Of a stretch of DNA of 42,773 nt, positions 13,667 through 26,000 are shown one piece after another; within the stretch, counting starts at the first letter, position 1; every line of letters starts with the position of its first letter. A model generated the notes under the pieces. It had not been told where the DNA came from. It saw only the letters and a program-made list of their open reading frames with translations, and did not search any database. The translations under genes were made by a program, and so were the position numbers. This DNA comes from a virus. Lineage: Duplodnaviria; Caudoviricetes. The DNA is taken from positions 1 through 42,773 of the IMG/VR virus record IMGVR_UViG_3300042307_000471; one strand, 5' to 3'.

Positions 13667-13947
13667 CCCTCAAGGAAGTCTATCGCCTCGCCCTCGCAAG
13701 AGGGATGACCGCCAAGCAAGCGGGTGCTGAGTTCAAGGTCAAGCACGACTCCTTGCAGAAGGTCAAGGCACGGCACGGCTTCCCGAGCCTCATCAGCGAA
13801 TATGAATTCGCAGAGCGTGATGCCTTCAAGCGGATGTCCGACAAGGAAATCCTGTCTTATGTCAAGAGCATCACAGGCTCTAAGGTCTACAAGAAAGAAA
13901 TCAACTATGCTAAATCCGAAATCCAATCCAGAGGACTCAAGGTCTGA
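13663..13947 (+). CDS. Possible HTH protein
   Basis: GMTAKQAGAEFKVKHDSL helix-turn-helix-like segment; ATGA coupling. Confidence 0.65.
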   Translation: MTLKEVYRLALARGMTAKQAGAEFKVKHDSLQKVKARHGFPSLISEYEFAERDAFKRMSDKEILSYVKSITGSKVYKKEINYAKSEIQSRGLKV

Positions 13948-14131
13948 TACCAAGAAGTTCTACGATGAACTGAAGGGGCTTGGTGAGGATATGGAGGCTC
14001 TCCGTAACGACAACGAGCGTCTAAAGCACGAAGCCCTGTACTGGCGTATCGAGGCTCAGACCGACCACGACAGGTGGCTCAGAACCCTAGAGGAACTGGA
14101 GCGTATCCGCAATGAGCAGAAGAAAGTTTGA
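13907..14131 (+). CDS. Hypothetical coiled-coil protein
   Basis: Heptad pattern; start uncertain. Confidence 0.6.
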   Translation: MLNPKSNPEDSRSDTKKFYDELKGLGEDMEALRNDNERLKHEALYWRIEAQTDHDRWLRTLEELERIRNEQKKV

Positions 14132-14294
14132 ACCAGATATGGAAGCCGTCCTCAATGCTGGCAAGGTTCTTAGCAAGGAAGTGATGGTCGCTATGCTCAA
14201 CGGAATGGCTCACGAAGAACTCATCAAGGCTCACGCAGACTGGAAGGACGCAGTTGACGGCAAGCCTAACTGGGGTACGACCTGTAAGAAATGA
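14112..14294 (+). CDS. Hypothetical protein (60 aa)
   Basis: Packed ORF. Confidence 0.65.
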   Translation: MSRRKFEPDMEAVLNAGKVLSKEVMVAMLNGMAHEELIKAHADWKDAVDGKPNWGTTCKK

Positions 14295-14494
14295 TTCACG
14301 AATTCCGCAATCCTATCCCAGTCAGCACCGACATCGGCTACGGCTGGCTGATGTATGTGCGGGATGGTGGTACTTGGTCTAACGATATCTTTGCAGTTGT
14401 GCTTGAGAAAGATGGGGTTATCCGTCATATGCGTACAGACCAGTTCAAGGTCTTGCGTAACGACACCTTCGATATTTCCAATGAGCAAAACTAA
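14291..14494 (+). CDS. Hypothetical protein (67 aa)
   Basis: ATGA-coupled ORF. Confidence 0.72.
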   Translation: MIHEFRNPIPVSTDIGYGWLMYVRDGGTWSNDIFAVVLEKDGVIRHMRTDQFKVLRNDTFDISNEQN

Positions 14495-14768
14495 CGATAT
14501 CATTTCAAAGATTGCTATCACATTTGTTGATGGTAGTTATGTTGAACTCGTTGACGCTGTTCGATTTGTTCAAATTCGTGATGCTTTGAAAACTGCTAGC
14601 GTAGTTAACAATCAACTTAACGAACAAGCAAAAGTTCTTGAAAACAAAATCGTAGAACTTGAAACAAAAAACAAAACACTAGACGAATTAAATCAACAAC
14701 TTTTGGTTCAATTGCACAAGGATGTTGAGTTTATTAACCAAGAAGAATTTCAAAACCCGCTTCCTTAA
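14481..14768 (+). CDS. Hypothetical coiled-coil protein, AT-rich gene
   Basis: Packed ORF, visibly lower GC than its neighbours. Confidence 0.7.
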   Translation: MSKTNDIISKIAITFVDGSYVELVDAVRFVQIRDALKTASVVNNQLNEQAKVLENKIVELETKNKTLDELNQQLLVQLHKDVEFINQEEFQNPLP

Positions 14769-15511
14769 TGAGCAAACCTAAGCGAATTAAATTCGTATAC
14801 GCCTCCGACAACCACGGGGACAAAGTAGATAAGAAAGCGGCTGAAGCCCTGTTCGCTTTCTGCAAGGAGTTTAAACCAGATGTCCGTATCCACGGAGGTG
14901 ACTGCTATGACATCCGTCCGTACCGCAAGTCCGCTGACGCTGAAGAAAAGAATCAGTCTCTGAAGGACGACATCCATTGGGGAAACTGGTTCGTTGAAAA
15001 TTATAAGCCTACTGTGTTTATGATGGGCAACCACGAATACAGATTGTACGAAGGCGTGGAGAACAACACGGGTCGTAAGCAGGAACTGATTCAAGAAACG
15101 CTGGACGATATCAAGACAGTCCTCCGTGCCAATGGGTGCAAGAAGATTATTCCATATCACGCTGACAAGGGTGTGTATACCCTAGGCAAGGTTCGTACCT
15201 GCCACGGCTACAAGTGCGGTAAGAACGCTGTCGAGGAACACGCTATCCATTACGCTGACAGGGGCGGTGCTGTCATCATCGGTCACATCCACTCGATGCA
15301 GATGGTCACGGCTCAACGCTGGGGCGGTTGCGTAGGCTTCACAGGCGGTTGCCTATGCCTCAAGGACGAGATGTCCTATGCCCAGAACAGATTCGCCACA
15401 AGCAAGTGGGCTACGGGCTGGCTCTACGGCTATGTCGAAGGGAATAACTGGAAAATCTGGCAAGCCCACAAGGTAGGAAAAAAGTGGATTTACTCTCACA
15501 CAGACATCTAA
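14768..15511 (+). CDS. Calcineurin-like metallophosphoesterase
   Basis: SDNHG, GGDCYD, GNHE, HG and GHIH motifs. Confidence 0.92.
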   Translation: MSKPKRIKFVYASDNHGDKVDKKAAEALFAFCKEFKPDVRIHGGDCYDIRPYRKSADAEEKNQSLKDDIHWGNWFVENYKPTVFMMGNHEYRLYEGVENNTGRKQELIQETLDDIKTVLRANGCKKIIPYHADKGVYTLGKVRTCHGYKCGKNAVEEHAIHYADRGGAVIIGHIHSMQMVTAQRWGGCVGFTGGCLCLKDEMSYAQNRFATSKWATGWLYGYVEGNNWKIWQAHKVGKKWIYSHTDI

Positions 15512-15804
15512 TGGCACGAACAGACAAACAACTCAAGGAGTTCCTAGTCCTAGTTGACGAGGAAATCGTAATCGCTGACGGGCTTGCCTATGCCTTCGTA
15601 GGACTGACTCGCTCTCAAGGTGAAATCGTATGCGTGTACTCATCGAACCTCATCGTGGATGAACTGATGAAGAAGGATATGATGGACTTGGAAACCGCTG
15701 AGGAGTATGTGCAGTTTAATATCGTTGACGCTTATGTAGGTGAGCGTACCCCTTTGTTCGTGGACTTCGTTCCTCCGTTTATCTGGGAAGATGATGAACA
15801 ATAA
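15511..15804 (+). CDS. Conserved phage hypothetical protein
   Basis: ADGL..AFVG and EEYVQFNIVDAYVGERTP pattern; TAATG coupling. Confidence 0.8.
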   Translation: MARTDKQLKEFLVLVDEEIVIADGLAYAFVGLTRSQGEIVCVYSSNLIVDELMKKDMMDLETAEEYVQFNIVDAYVGERTPLFVDFVPPFIWEDDEQ

Positions 15805-16078
15805 CAAATTCAAGGAACTACAGATGCTCTCGCAGGAGGGCGATTTGGATGCAGTCCCGAAGGGTTGGATGACCCGTCAGCAGGTAGCAGTAGTATTCAA
15901 GAAGTCCCAAGTCACCACGGACAAACTGCTGAAGCGTCTGCTGGATAAGAACCTAATCCAACGCAAGTTGTTCAGAGCCAGAATTAGGTCTGGGGTTCGC
16001 CCCGTGCCTTACTTCTTCTTGAAAGTTGCCAGCGAATCGCCATCCAAAGCAAGTCCAAGACGACCAAGACAACGATAG
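15791..16078 (+). CDS. Basic winged-HTH-like protein
   Basis: PKGWMTRQQVA....KS..T....L..L pattern. Overlaps the convergent late gene. Confidence 0.65.
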   Translation: MMNNNKFKELQMLSQEGDLDAVPKGWMTRQQVAVVFKKSQVTTDKLLKRLLDKNLIQRKLFRARIRSGVRPVPYFFLKVASESPSKASPRRPRQR

Positions 16079-16703
16079 TCTGGAGTACATACTGGAACCA
16101 AACTGAATCCAGAATCCAGACAGAGGCTACGGCAAGTCCACCGCCAGCCACCAAGATAGCCCCACGCACCTTAAATGGTGTGAAGGCTATTACCAGCAAG
16201 CCGCCTGTAGATACTGCCATCCCCAAGCAGGACAACGCCCAAAGAATCTTGTCCTTGAGTTCACGCTTACGCTCCTCGATAGCCAAGTCACGCTCTGCCT
16301 TAGCCGCATCTAGTTCCATATCCCTTTCCAAGACCATCTCCCACAGCACAGAGGTCTGCTCATCGACCTTCAACGCCTCTTCCTTGTCCTTCTGGACGGC
16401 TTTGGAGTCGTTTTCTTTAACCATCCTAGCGTATCTTCCGACTGATTCGACTGAGGGCTTGGAGACCCCAGAGAGCCTCGTTCCTTGGGACTCGATGATG
16501 TCCCTAGCAAGCCCAGCAGGGAGGGAAGGAACGACAGCAACAATCGCAGAAGCGGACTCTGAGACAACTGCTTCGACCTTCTCGATGTACTTGTCTTTCT
16601 CTTCATTTGTCAAGGCTATTGGCTTAGGCTCATCAACAGTCTGACAGCCTACTAAGTTTCCAAAGATAAACAATATTGCTATGGTTTGGAAACCACGCAT
16701 CAA
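15984..16703 (-). CDS. Lipoprotein with C-terminal TM helices (unimolecular spanin-like)
   Basis: Lipobox LVGC, helical periplasmic region, ~3 C-terminal hydrophobic helices; follows the holin. Confidence 0.65.
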   Translation of the reverse strand: MMRGFQTIAILFIFGNLVGCQTVDEPKPIALTNEEKDKYIEKVEAVVSESASAIVAVVPSLPAGLARDIIESQGTRLSGVSKPSVESVGRYARMVKENDSKAVQKDKEEALKVDEQTSVLWEMVLERDMELDAAKAERDLAIEERKRELKDKILWALSCLGMAVSTGGLLVIAFTPFKVRGAILVAGGGLAVASVWILDSVWFQYVLQTIVVLVVLDLLWMAIRWQLSRRSKARGEPQT

Positions 16704-17008
16704 GACTTAACTGTATTTAAGAACTTGTTACGGACGAAGTCAAAGACCTCGGGTGCAAGGCTACCAGCAATCGAGCATAACGCACAGCGGTACATAGCAT
16801 CGATGTCTATCTGGTACAGCGTGAAGTAGCACAGCACCCCAACGATACCACCTGCGATTATCTTCCTAGTCCAGATGATAGCCTTGAACTTCTCGTTGGT
16901 CAAGATGAGCCGTGCTAACATACCAAACGCTCCTAGGATAGCCATCAGCCAGCCTGTCTTCTTGAACTCCTCAACCACGGATTGAAGAGTCGGGTCATCG
17001 ATGTTCAT
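16700..17008 (-). CDS. Holin
   Basis: 102 aa, three hydrophobic segments, basic C-terminus. Confidence 0.75.
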   Translation of the reverse strand: MNIDDPTLQSVVEEFKKTGWLMAILGAFGMLARLILTNEKFKAIIWTRKIIAGGIVGVLCYFTLYQIDIDAMYRCALCSIAGSLAPEVFDFVRNKFLNTVKS

Positions 17009-20000
17009 CGTCTAGGCTCCTCCTTGTAGATACGCTTCTTGGCTTGCTCCTCGTTGTCGTAGACACCGATGACAGCCTTGTACGGGTTGTACACCCTGTA
17101 CTTGGAACCGACTCTGGAGATGACATAGCCAGCGGCATTCTTCAGCAGGACACCAGTAGGCGTACGCTCTGTTGTGAAGTTGCTGAAGCCTTCGGAAGGT
17201 TGAGCGTGAATCACTCTGCCATACGGGAAGTTGCGTTGACCAGTATCGTTGGTGATTGTTTTCTCCTTAAGTTCAGACACACCCTTGCTAGTCCGCTTCT
17301 CCTTGAACATCTCAAGAGTCTTCATAGGTCTTGAGAGCAAGTCCACTCTGACAGGAGAGTTGTCTTCGTGTCTGACTGAGTACTTGTAACTTCCGTGCGG
17401 AGATGATGGGCTTTCGACAAGAGGCTTATCGAACAGGACGAAGGCATAGACATCACCGCCTGTCTTCTTGTCTGGAGCGTCAAGCCCTTGGACAAGAGGG
17501 TCAGCAAACATCTGGAAGATTGTAGGAATAAGTTCCTTCTTTGTGATGGTCTTGTTTCCTGTGTAGTTAGGAATTATTTCTTTCAGAGCATTGATTTGCT
17601 TCTTGGAAAGATTGCCAGTATTTCTAGCGATACTACCAGCGACATTGCTGACGAACTTAGCCCTCTGCTTGAAGCCAGAGGATGTGCTATTCTCAAGCAT
17701 CCTGTATGTGGCGAACATAGCGTCACCAATCTGTGCGTTGTCGTTTATGTCCGTACCGATGGACTTGAGTCCGTGAATCAATGCCGACTTCAGAGTCTCT
17801 TTGTTGATGACCTTTCTGTCTTCAAGTCGCTTGATGATATTCAAGAAGCCCTCAGTTCCGTTTCTAGCACCCTGCATCTTCTGAGCGTGGGAAAGGACAA
17901 GAGCCATAGGAGCAATCCACTTGCCGTGCTTCTCGAAATTCTTCTGACCGATGGCATTCAGTCTCTTCTCAAGACCTCTTGACACAGCCGCCCAACCTTC
18001 TTCTGGGAACAGCAACGGATAACCAACGCCACCCTGTGCCGTGAAGTCTTTCTGCTCTACTGTCGAAGCGGTATCTGGAGCGTGGGACAGCACATCAAAG
18101 TCCTTGAACTCCTCTGGCTTGTACGCATCGATGGACAGTTGACCGCTATCAAACGCCCTCTTGTAGTGAGGAACATTATCAACAACAGACATAAGGTATT
18201 TAACTCTTTCGTCGTTGCTAGAATAATTAACTCTCCTTTGCTCAGTCGGCTGGAACTTAGTCTCTGGCAATCCACCAAAGAACTGTTTTGCCCTCTCTCG
18301 ATATATTCCACTACCAACTTTCTCCATCTGTGTTTTTTCTCTCTGTATAACCCTTTCTGCCGCATCAGAAGTGACGGCAAGAAGAGAATCCATAACAGAG
18401 TCATCGAAGTTCCAGATTCTTTTAATAGCATCAAGCAGTTTTGTTAAGAACGACTTTTCAGACTTAGGTACTTTTATTTCAGAAAGAACCTTTTGAATAT
18501 CTTTATCTTGAGTTATTCCAACTATGAATTCAGCCATATTACTAAGCCTGTAACTCATATGATGTGCGGCTGTTTTATCTATGACTGTGCCATCTAAAAA
18601 CTTACCAGTCTCAAACTGTTTAAGTACTTGCTTGTAAGCGTCAGCAATAGTAAACCATTCTTCTGTAAAGCCAAGTTCCGTTTTCCAAGTTTTATCATAC
18701 TTGAGAGAGTACTTATCTCTGTTTCTAAGGAAATGGTCAACAGTCTTTGATGTATCTTCTATTGTCACTCCGTGCTTAATAGGCTCTGGAATCTTTTCAG
18801 CAGAAACTGCGTGAAGAATTTCCTCCATCATCAACTCTTCAAACGAAAGCGTCCATCCCCTGCGTCTCTGCACATTACGCTCAAGGAGCATATTGACAGT
18901 ATTGTTGTTAGGATTATAGTTGTGATAGTCTCTTCCTTTTGTTCCTTTTTGCTTTGAGCCAAGTACCGCTGTCTGTTGCTGAACGAATGCTTCCAGTCCG
19001 TGCTTATCAAGCGACTCCAGAAGTCTTTCAGCCAGCGGTGAGAACTGACCTTTGTTCTCAACGATGAACTCAAGCATATCCTTAGCCGTAAGGTTTCTAT
19101 AACCCTTGAACTTCTCCTTGAGTTTACCTACGATGGCTTCGTCTATATCGTATCTGCCTTTGTAAGAAGCCTGTTCACCCTCAGTCGGCTGGAATCTGAT
19201 ATCCTTTTTGTTCTTGTTGAATCTTTCTTCAAGAGGAATCTCCTTGCCAGAGTCATCGTATGTGAAGTCATCGGCAGACTTGATTTGTTCAGAGTCAAAT
19301 ACGGAAATATGTCTTCCGTCCTTAATGCCGTCATAACCCATTTCCTTAAGCATTGCGGCTCTTTCGTTTCTTTCAAACAACTGGAATAAAGGACTATTGC
19401 CACGCTTTTGCTGTCCAATTAAAGACAACAACTGGTACTCCTTGTCTGGATGGCTTGAATACTTATCAAGATACTTCTTTAGAATCGCCTCCTGCTCTGG
19501 GGTAAATGGAAGATGTTTTGCGTTTGAAGAAACATCGTAGGGATTATCTAACTTAACGAATGCAGTTATGACTCTGTTCTTGCTCTGGTCTCCAACCCAA
19601 GCCTTCTTGTAGTGTTCAGCATCAAGAGGGTCAGAAGACAAGTAGAACATATTTCCAGATTCTCTGCCTTCACTAGCACCTACGGAATGATTTCTAGGAG
19701 ATGACTTAAACTCCGTAAAGTCTTTATTGGTTCCGTGGTAATAAACAGTAGTGCCATATCCAGCCTCCTTAGCCCTGCGAACGACTTCTTCTCTAGGCTT
19801 AAAACCCTCAGTCGGCTGGTAACGGGCTTTCTTGTACAGATATGAGGTTACGCCAGTATGGGTGTCACCGCTATCTTGGTCTCTTTCGACATAATCAATC
19901 TGGGTCTTGTCTCCACCGATACGAGCGTTCTCTCTGTCTATGATACGCTCACGGATTTTCTGAGGTCTTCCTTGCTCATCAACAATCATACCTTGAACTT

Positions 20001-23000
20001 CCTTCATCCCCATACTTCTGAGTCTTTCTACTAACTCAGAATACATAAGATTGCCATAGCCCTTGCCTTGCTGTCTACCTGCAACGCTTGTGTACTCAAT
20101 CAAAGCCTCACCAGTAGCCTTAGAGAACGAGAAGTTTATGTAACCAAGGGAGTCTTGTCCCTTCATTAACTCTATGTTTCCTTGGTCTCCAGAGCCGAAG
20201 ATGTTGAACTTAGGCTTCAGACCTTTAACGACATTAGGATTTTCTTCGGCATATCTGCCAATGAACTTACTAGACATCTGCTCTGGAGTGTAGGTTCTAT
20301 CACCCTCAGTAGGCTGGTATCTACCCTTCTGCTCAAGCCTGTTGTAGACATCAACGCCACCCATCATACCGACTTCTTCTTTTTTAGCCTGTATGCGTCT
20401 AGCACCTTCTTCTTGGCTGATAGGCTTGCCGCTGAAGTAGTCTCTGGTGTCACCGATGATTCGCTCACGAACCTTGATGGGAACACCATCTGGATTCACG
20501 ATTTGACCATCCACGCTCTTGACACCCATAGCACGGAGTCTCTCAGCCATCTCGCTGTACACGACATAAGACAATTTATTGCCTCTGTACTTGTTGTTGA
20601 TGTGCGATGATAGCGTAGCAGTCTCACCAGAGATGCTAGCGGTGATGTGACCGACATCAGCGGACTCACCCTTCTTAGAGTTATCCGTGAGTCTGATACG
20701 CCAAGAGCCATCATCCTTCTTTAAGAACTGAAGGTTAAGACCCTTGACCCGCTCTGGGTTCTCAGCCGCATAGAGACCAAGGAAACCAGACTTCCATTGC
20801 TTGCCGTTCTGGTCGTAGACCCTGCCACCAGAGTAGTTGTCACCCTCGACAGGCTGGTTGCGAAGACCAAGTTCCTTGCCGTAGCGGACTGGATTACCTT
20901 CGCTATCGTTGCCTCTTGGCATCTTCACATCATCAAAGGATGTGTCGATAATCATAAGGTTGGCATCCATATAGTCCTTGAAGACGGCATAGATGTTGTC
21001 GTACTTGCCGCCATCTCTCATATTTCTGAAGACGACACCATCGTGACCAGCCTTCATTGCTGGCTCCATAATGTCCTTCAGATAGTACTCTCCGTATTCC
21101 TTGCGACCTTCAATCACAAGAGGATTGTTCATCTTAACCAATGTACGAACCTCCATCGGAACAGTCTTAGTTTCTGCTATTATTCTATTTAAATTAGCAT
21201 CAACGCTGTTTCTTACGCTTTCATAGTGTTTGCTTGTTGGGTCAGTCAAAGCAAATATATCAAGACCAAGACTGCTATCAAGTGAATACCCTATTGTACG
21301 ATATGCGGTATTAAGCGTATAATATGCATCAGAAATCAACCTAGCCGCACCACGACCACCAGAGTCAGCAAGACTCGTAGCGTCTGGAGAGTAATTTCCG
21401 AATGTGTTATATACTGTATTCGGTGGTGTTCCTTTTTCGTTTGCGTTTCTAATTATAAGTCTTCTGAGGAAGTGCATCATTTCTTCTTCTTTAACTCTAT
21501 CTCCTCTTTTCATTACTTCTTGTAATTTTGCTCCGTGGTAATTTTCTACAACAAACAGTAAGTCTTTAAATTCTTCGCTTTCAAACTTGTAACCTGCGAC
21601 TGTTTCCAATGACTCGTTTAATCTGCTCTTTGAAACCAACTTTCCATCGTGAACGACGAAATCATTGCCACTCTGTTCATAGGCTTGTCTTGCCGCTTCA
21701 TCTGTTCTAAATTTAAACCTTTCCTTGAACTGCTCGTATGTAGGCTTAAGTGTATCCTTAAGATACGAGTTAAGAAGCGTATCCAGAAGGTATCCAACAT
21801 AGACATTTAAGTCCTGTTTAGCAGATACGAACTCTGGAGAATGATTAGATATAACAAGTTCTAACGGAATTCCAGTTGAGGATGATATACCTGCATATCT
21901 CCTACCTGTGCTTTCCTGTCCACCGCTAAACACGGCATTAAGCGAAGAAAATATCTTGAATGATGTACCAAGTTTTTCTCTTTTGAACTCTCTGGCAACC
22001 ATCAAGTCCAAGGACTTTGTTCCGTGTGTTGCTACAGTCGTGAACGCTTCTCCAGTCTTGAACTGCTGGTTGTACTCGTCAGAATAAAGTGCAGAGATTG
22101 TCTCTGGCAGACCTTGGACTGCATTTGTCCTATATTGTTCGATGTGCTTTCTTGCAAACTGATTTAACTTTTCAAGACCTTCGTCAGTAAGTTTAGGCAA
22201 TTCGCCATTTCTGATTTGCTGTTTCCAGTCTCCTTCAGCACCTGTTTCAAGAAATACTGAAAGCATATTGAAATTTTGACCTCTATATTTGTGGTACGCT
22301 TCTCCTGCCAAATCTTTTTGTTTTACAAGATTCTTGTAGTCGTTAAAAATAGCAGTACCAATTGAGGTATATTCTTCGTTTGTAACTTCTCCCCTTTTAA
22401 GTCTTAAGTTGTTTTCTGCTGTAGCCTGTTCAAGTTTTGAAATTCCTTCTGTCAATGCGTTTGCGGCTGATGTATATCTTTCTTCTAATTCAAGAGCGTT
22501 TACCATTTCTTCGCCAGCATTTCTAATTAATCTTTCGTAGAACGCAGTAGACCCAGCGACTAGTTCACGCTCTGCTTTGTCTAACACATATTCATCACGG
22601 GACTGACGGATGACATTAGTGCCTTCCGTGAATCTCTTGACCTTGCCGACCTCAAACACATCACCAAGTCTGACAGCCTCGTCACGCTCACCACGCTCTA
22701 GGACTTGGAACTTGCGACTTTGGTTGACCTGCTCCCTTGTCTGTTCGTTGGCAGACTTGATGAGTTCCTGCTTCTGCTTGACGCTGTGCTTTCCAGCCGC
22801 CTCAGCCGCTTGTTGGATACCATCAAACACACCAATGGCATTGCCTTGGTCATCGAACGCACGAACCTTGCCGTTCTTCTCAGCGAACTTATAACCAAGC
22901 GGGTGCTTTATTATAGACCCATTAGGAGTGTCTTCCCTAGCCATTTCTGACGGCTGGAAGTTTCTGGACAAGTCCTTAAAGGCGTTCTCTGGGACGACAT

Positions 23001-26000
23001 TCCAGCGGTCAGTACCGACTCGCATATTAGCAATGCCATCGACATTGAATGTGGTAACGCTGTGACGGATGCCGTAAGGAATCTCAGCGATAGGCTTGTT
23101 GATGTACATATCACCCTCAGCCTTGACGATGCCAAGCATCTGGTGAAGGACATCTCTGCGTCTGCCACCAGCACCCGTTCCGTCTTCAAGAAGCACAGAG
23201 GATTCAACCCTAGACGAGTCACCAGCCGCCTTGGAAGCGTTAGCGAGGTATCTGAAGAAGTCAGCCTCCATCGCACCTCTGTCACCATTCCAGAGCGTTC
23301 TGACAGCGGAGTCAGACCACAGCACATCAGCACGACCATCGATGACAGCCTTGTCTAGCGTGTGGAACAGCGAGTACATCTTGCCGTCCTTGCCGACCTT
23401 GAAGTCAACACCAAGCAGAACCGCTTGACGATTCTTGAACGGAACATCTGAACCGACTAATCGAGGCCACGCATAGTCACCGATTTGAGCCGTGCGACCA
23501 AGGTAGCCGAAGTGAATGACATTGCCACCCTTGCCGTCTAGGATGTTGTAGGCTTGCTGAATCTTATCGACCCACGCTCTGTCGATGTGACCAGACTGAA
23601 CCATAGCCTCCATCGCCTCTGGCGACAGACGACCAGACAGGTTGCCTTCGCCATCCGTGATGAGACCTTGACGGAACTTCGGGTCGAGACCAGAGAGAAT
23701 CTTGTAGATTTCCTTGCCGACACGCATCTGCTCTTGAATGACCTTACGCTGATTGGCACGGACAAGATTGCCGTTGGCATCTCTAGTAAGAGACAGACCA
23801 CGAATGCCGTTGTTCTTGACGAATGTTTCCCTAGCCGCAGGTGACAGCCTAGAAACATCGAATCCACCCTGCTTGTTCGCCATAGCCGTAGCCCTAACGA
23901 AGTCACGCATAAACAAGTCAAGAGACTTATTCTTGGTTCTGATTCCGTCTTTCTCAAACGCTTGGAAAATTTTCTTGTTAACCGCTTGGTCGAAGTTGAA
24001 GTCTGGGTTTATACCCTTCATCTTTGAACGCCAGAAGTCGAGGAAGCCCTGCTTGGCATTCCCCATTATCTCACGCATAGCACCTAGTTCTCCACCTCTG
24101 AACAGGTAGTCCACAGGCTTGTCGTTTATGAAAGCACCGAAGTAATAAGAACCGAACTCCTCAAGCAGACCCTCAAGCGTGTCTTTGGTAGCCAAGTCTA
24201 ACTTATTGGTTGTGCCTCTGGACTCGTACTCCTTCATTGCCGCCTCAAGACGAGCGGTCTCGTTTACAGCGTCTTGGCTGTTCTTGCCGTGCAGGGCATC
24301 GATATAACGCTGGAAGAATTTCTTGACCTGTCCGACATCAACTGAAGCGTTCTCGATTCTTTTGCCATCAGCATCGAACTTACCAAGCAGGTTTTGGCTG
24401 AGTCTGTCGATGAAGTCTGGCTTCAGAACGGAATCCAGCATCACAGCGTGGAATAATTCGTGCGGGGCTGTTTCCTTGCCGAAAGATGTTAAGTTGATGT
24501 TGATTTCTACCTGCCCAGTTGAGTCTCTTCTGAACACATATCCCTTGGCATCTATATGTCTTTCAATACTTGTCTCAACATCTTTAAGGCGTGACGGACG
24601 CATATTGCCGTCCTTGTCAAAGTAGCCTTCAGTAGCCAACTTTTGTTTAAGCAACTCGCCTCTGGCTGACAGTTTGCCATCCTTGCCAGTCTCATCCTTG
24701 AGGAACTGGCGAATCATCTCATTAGCCTGTGTCTTGTTGCCAGCATCGAACATAGCGTTCACTCTGGCGACATTAGCCTCAGCATAGTTCAAGTCTCCGT
24801 AGAATTCGTATCCGTTCTTGCCACCAAATATTTCCTTGAACTCTGGCGTAGCCGCCTTGTCGATAGCATCGAAGACAGCCTTCTTTTGCTCACCGCTAAG
24901 ACGCATAAACTGTTTGCGAAGAGCGTGGTCTTGAGGAAGACCTTGGAGTTCCTTGATAAGCAACTTGTGGTCTCCGTCAAAGCGATTGCCGACAAACGAC
25001 AGGAACGATAACGCTTTTGCTCTGGATTTTCTGTCCGTGCCGAACTCTGTAAACAATGCCAGAGGCTCCATCAGTCTACCTGTATCTGGGTCGATACGCT
25101 GGCTAAGTAACCAAGCCAGATGGTCAGCATTGCTTCTTGCGACAAACTTGGCATTTGGAGCCATTACATCAAGACCCGTGATTATGCCGTCTACTTGTGC
25201 AATTAAATCCCTGTCTCCTCTGAGTTCAGCAGTCTTTACGAATGCTTCAAAAGCCGCCGCCTTATCTGGGTCAATCTGTCTGAGACCTTCGATGACCATC
25301 TGACGCTGGACAGCGATTCTATCGTACAGTCTGCCATTGCCGATATCAGAGACAACAGCACCCATACCAGCACCAGCCGCACCAAGCATCATACCAGCAC
25401 CAGCACCGCTAGCCGCACCTTCCTCGCCAGCACTCAGATAGCCAAGACCAGCACCGATAGCCATACCCTCAGCCGCACCCTTGGAGATGTCAGCAGAGTA
25501 CACGAACAACGGGTCAACCTTATCAAGAACATTAAGTAAAGCCTTGGCGTGTTTAGAAAGAGGAACGCCAGACTTGTTTGCATCTCTAAGAGCCTGTCCA
25601 GCATACGACAGAATACCTCTGCCAAACTGTTGCTGTTTGCCAATCTGCTCACCGACCATTGTCAGAGCCTCGCCAACACCTCTGGCAGTCGTAGAACCAA
25701 CCATAGCACCAGCAATATTACCAACAATAGGAAGACCTACTGTGCGACCTTCAAGAGCCGCAGAAGCCGTGTACCAGCCGTACATCTGGGCGGTTGTTCT
25801 AGCCTCAGCAACAGGCATACCTGTGGCTACTTCAAAAACAGAGCCAGCCCGTTCCAAGCCGTAATCAATTGTATTGCGAGTGGCAGTACCCAAAAACTCG
25901 ATAGGAGCCCCAACGCCCCACTTCAAAGCACCACCAAGAACCTTACGCTGAATCTGAGAAGCCCGTGCAGATGCCTTAGCGAGAGTTTCTCCCATACCAA

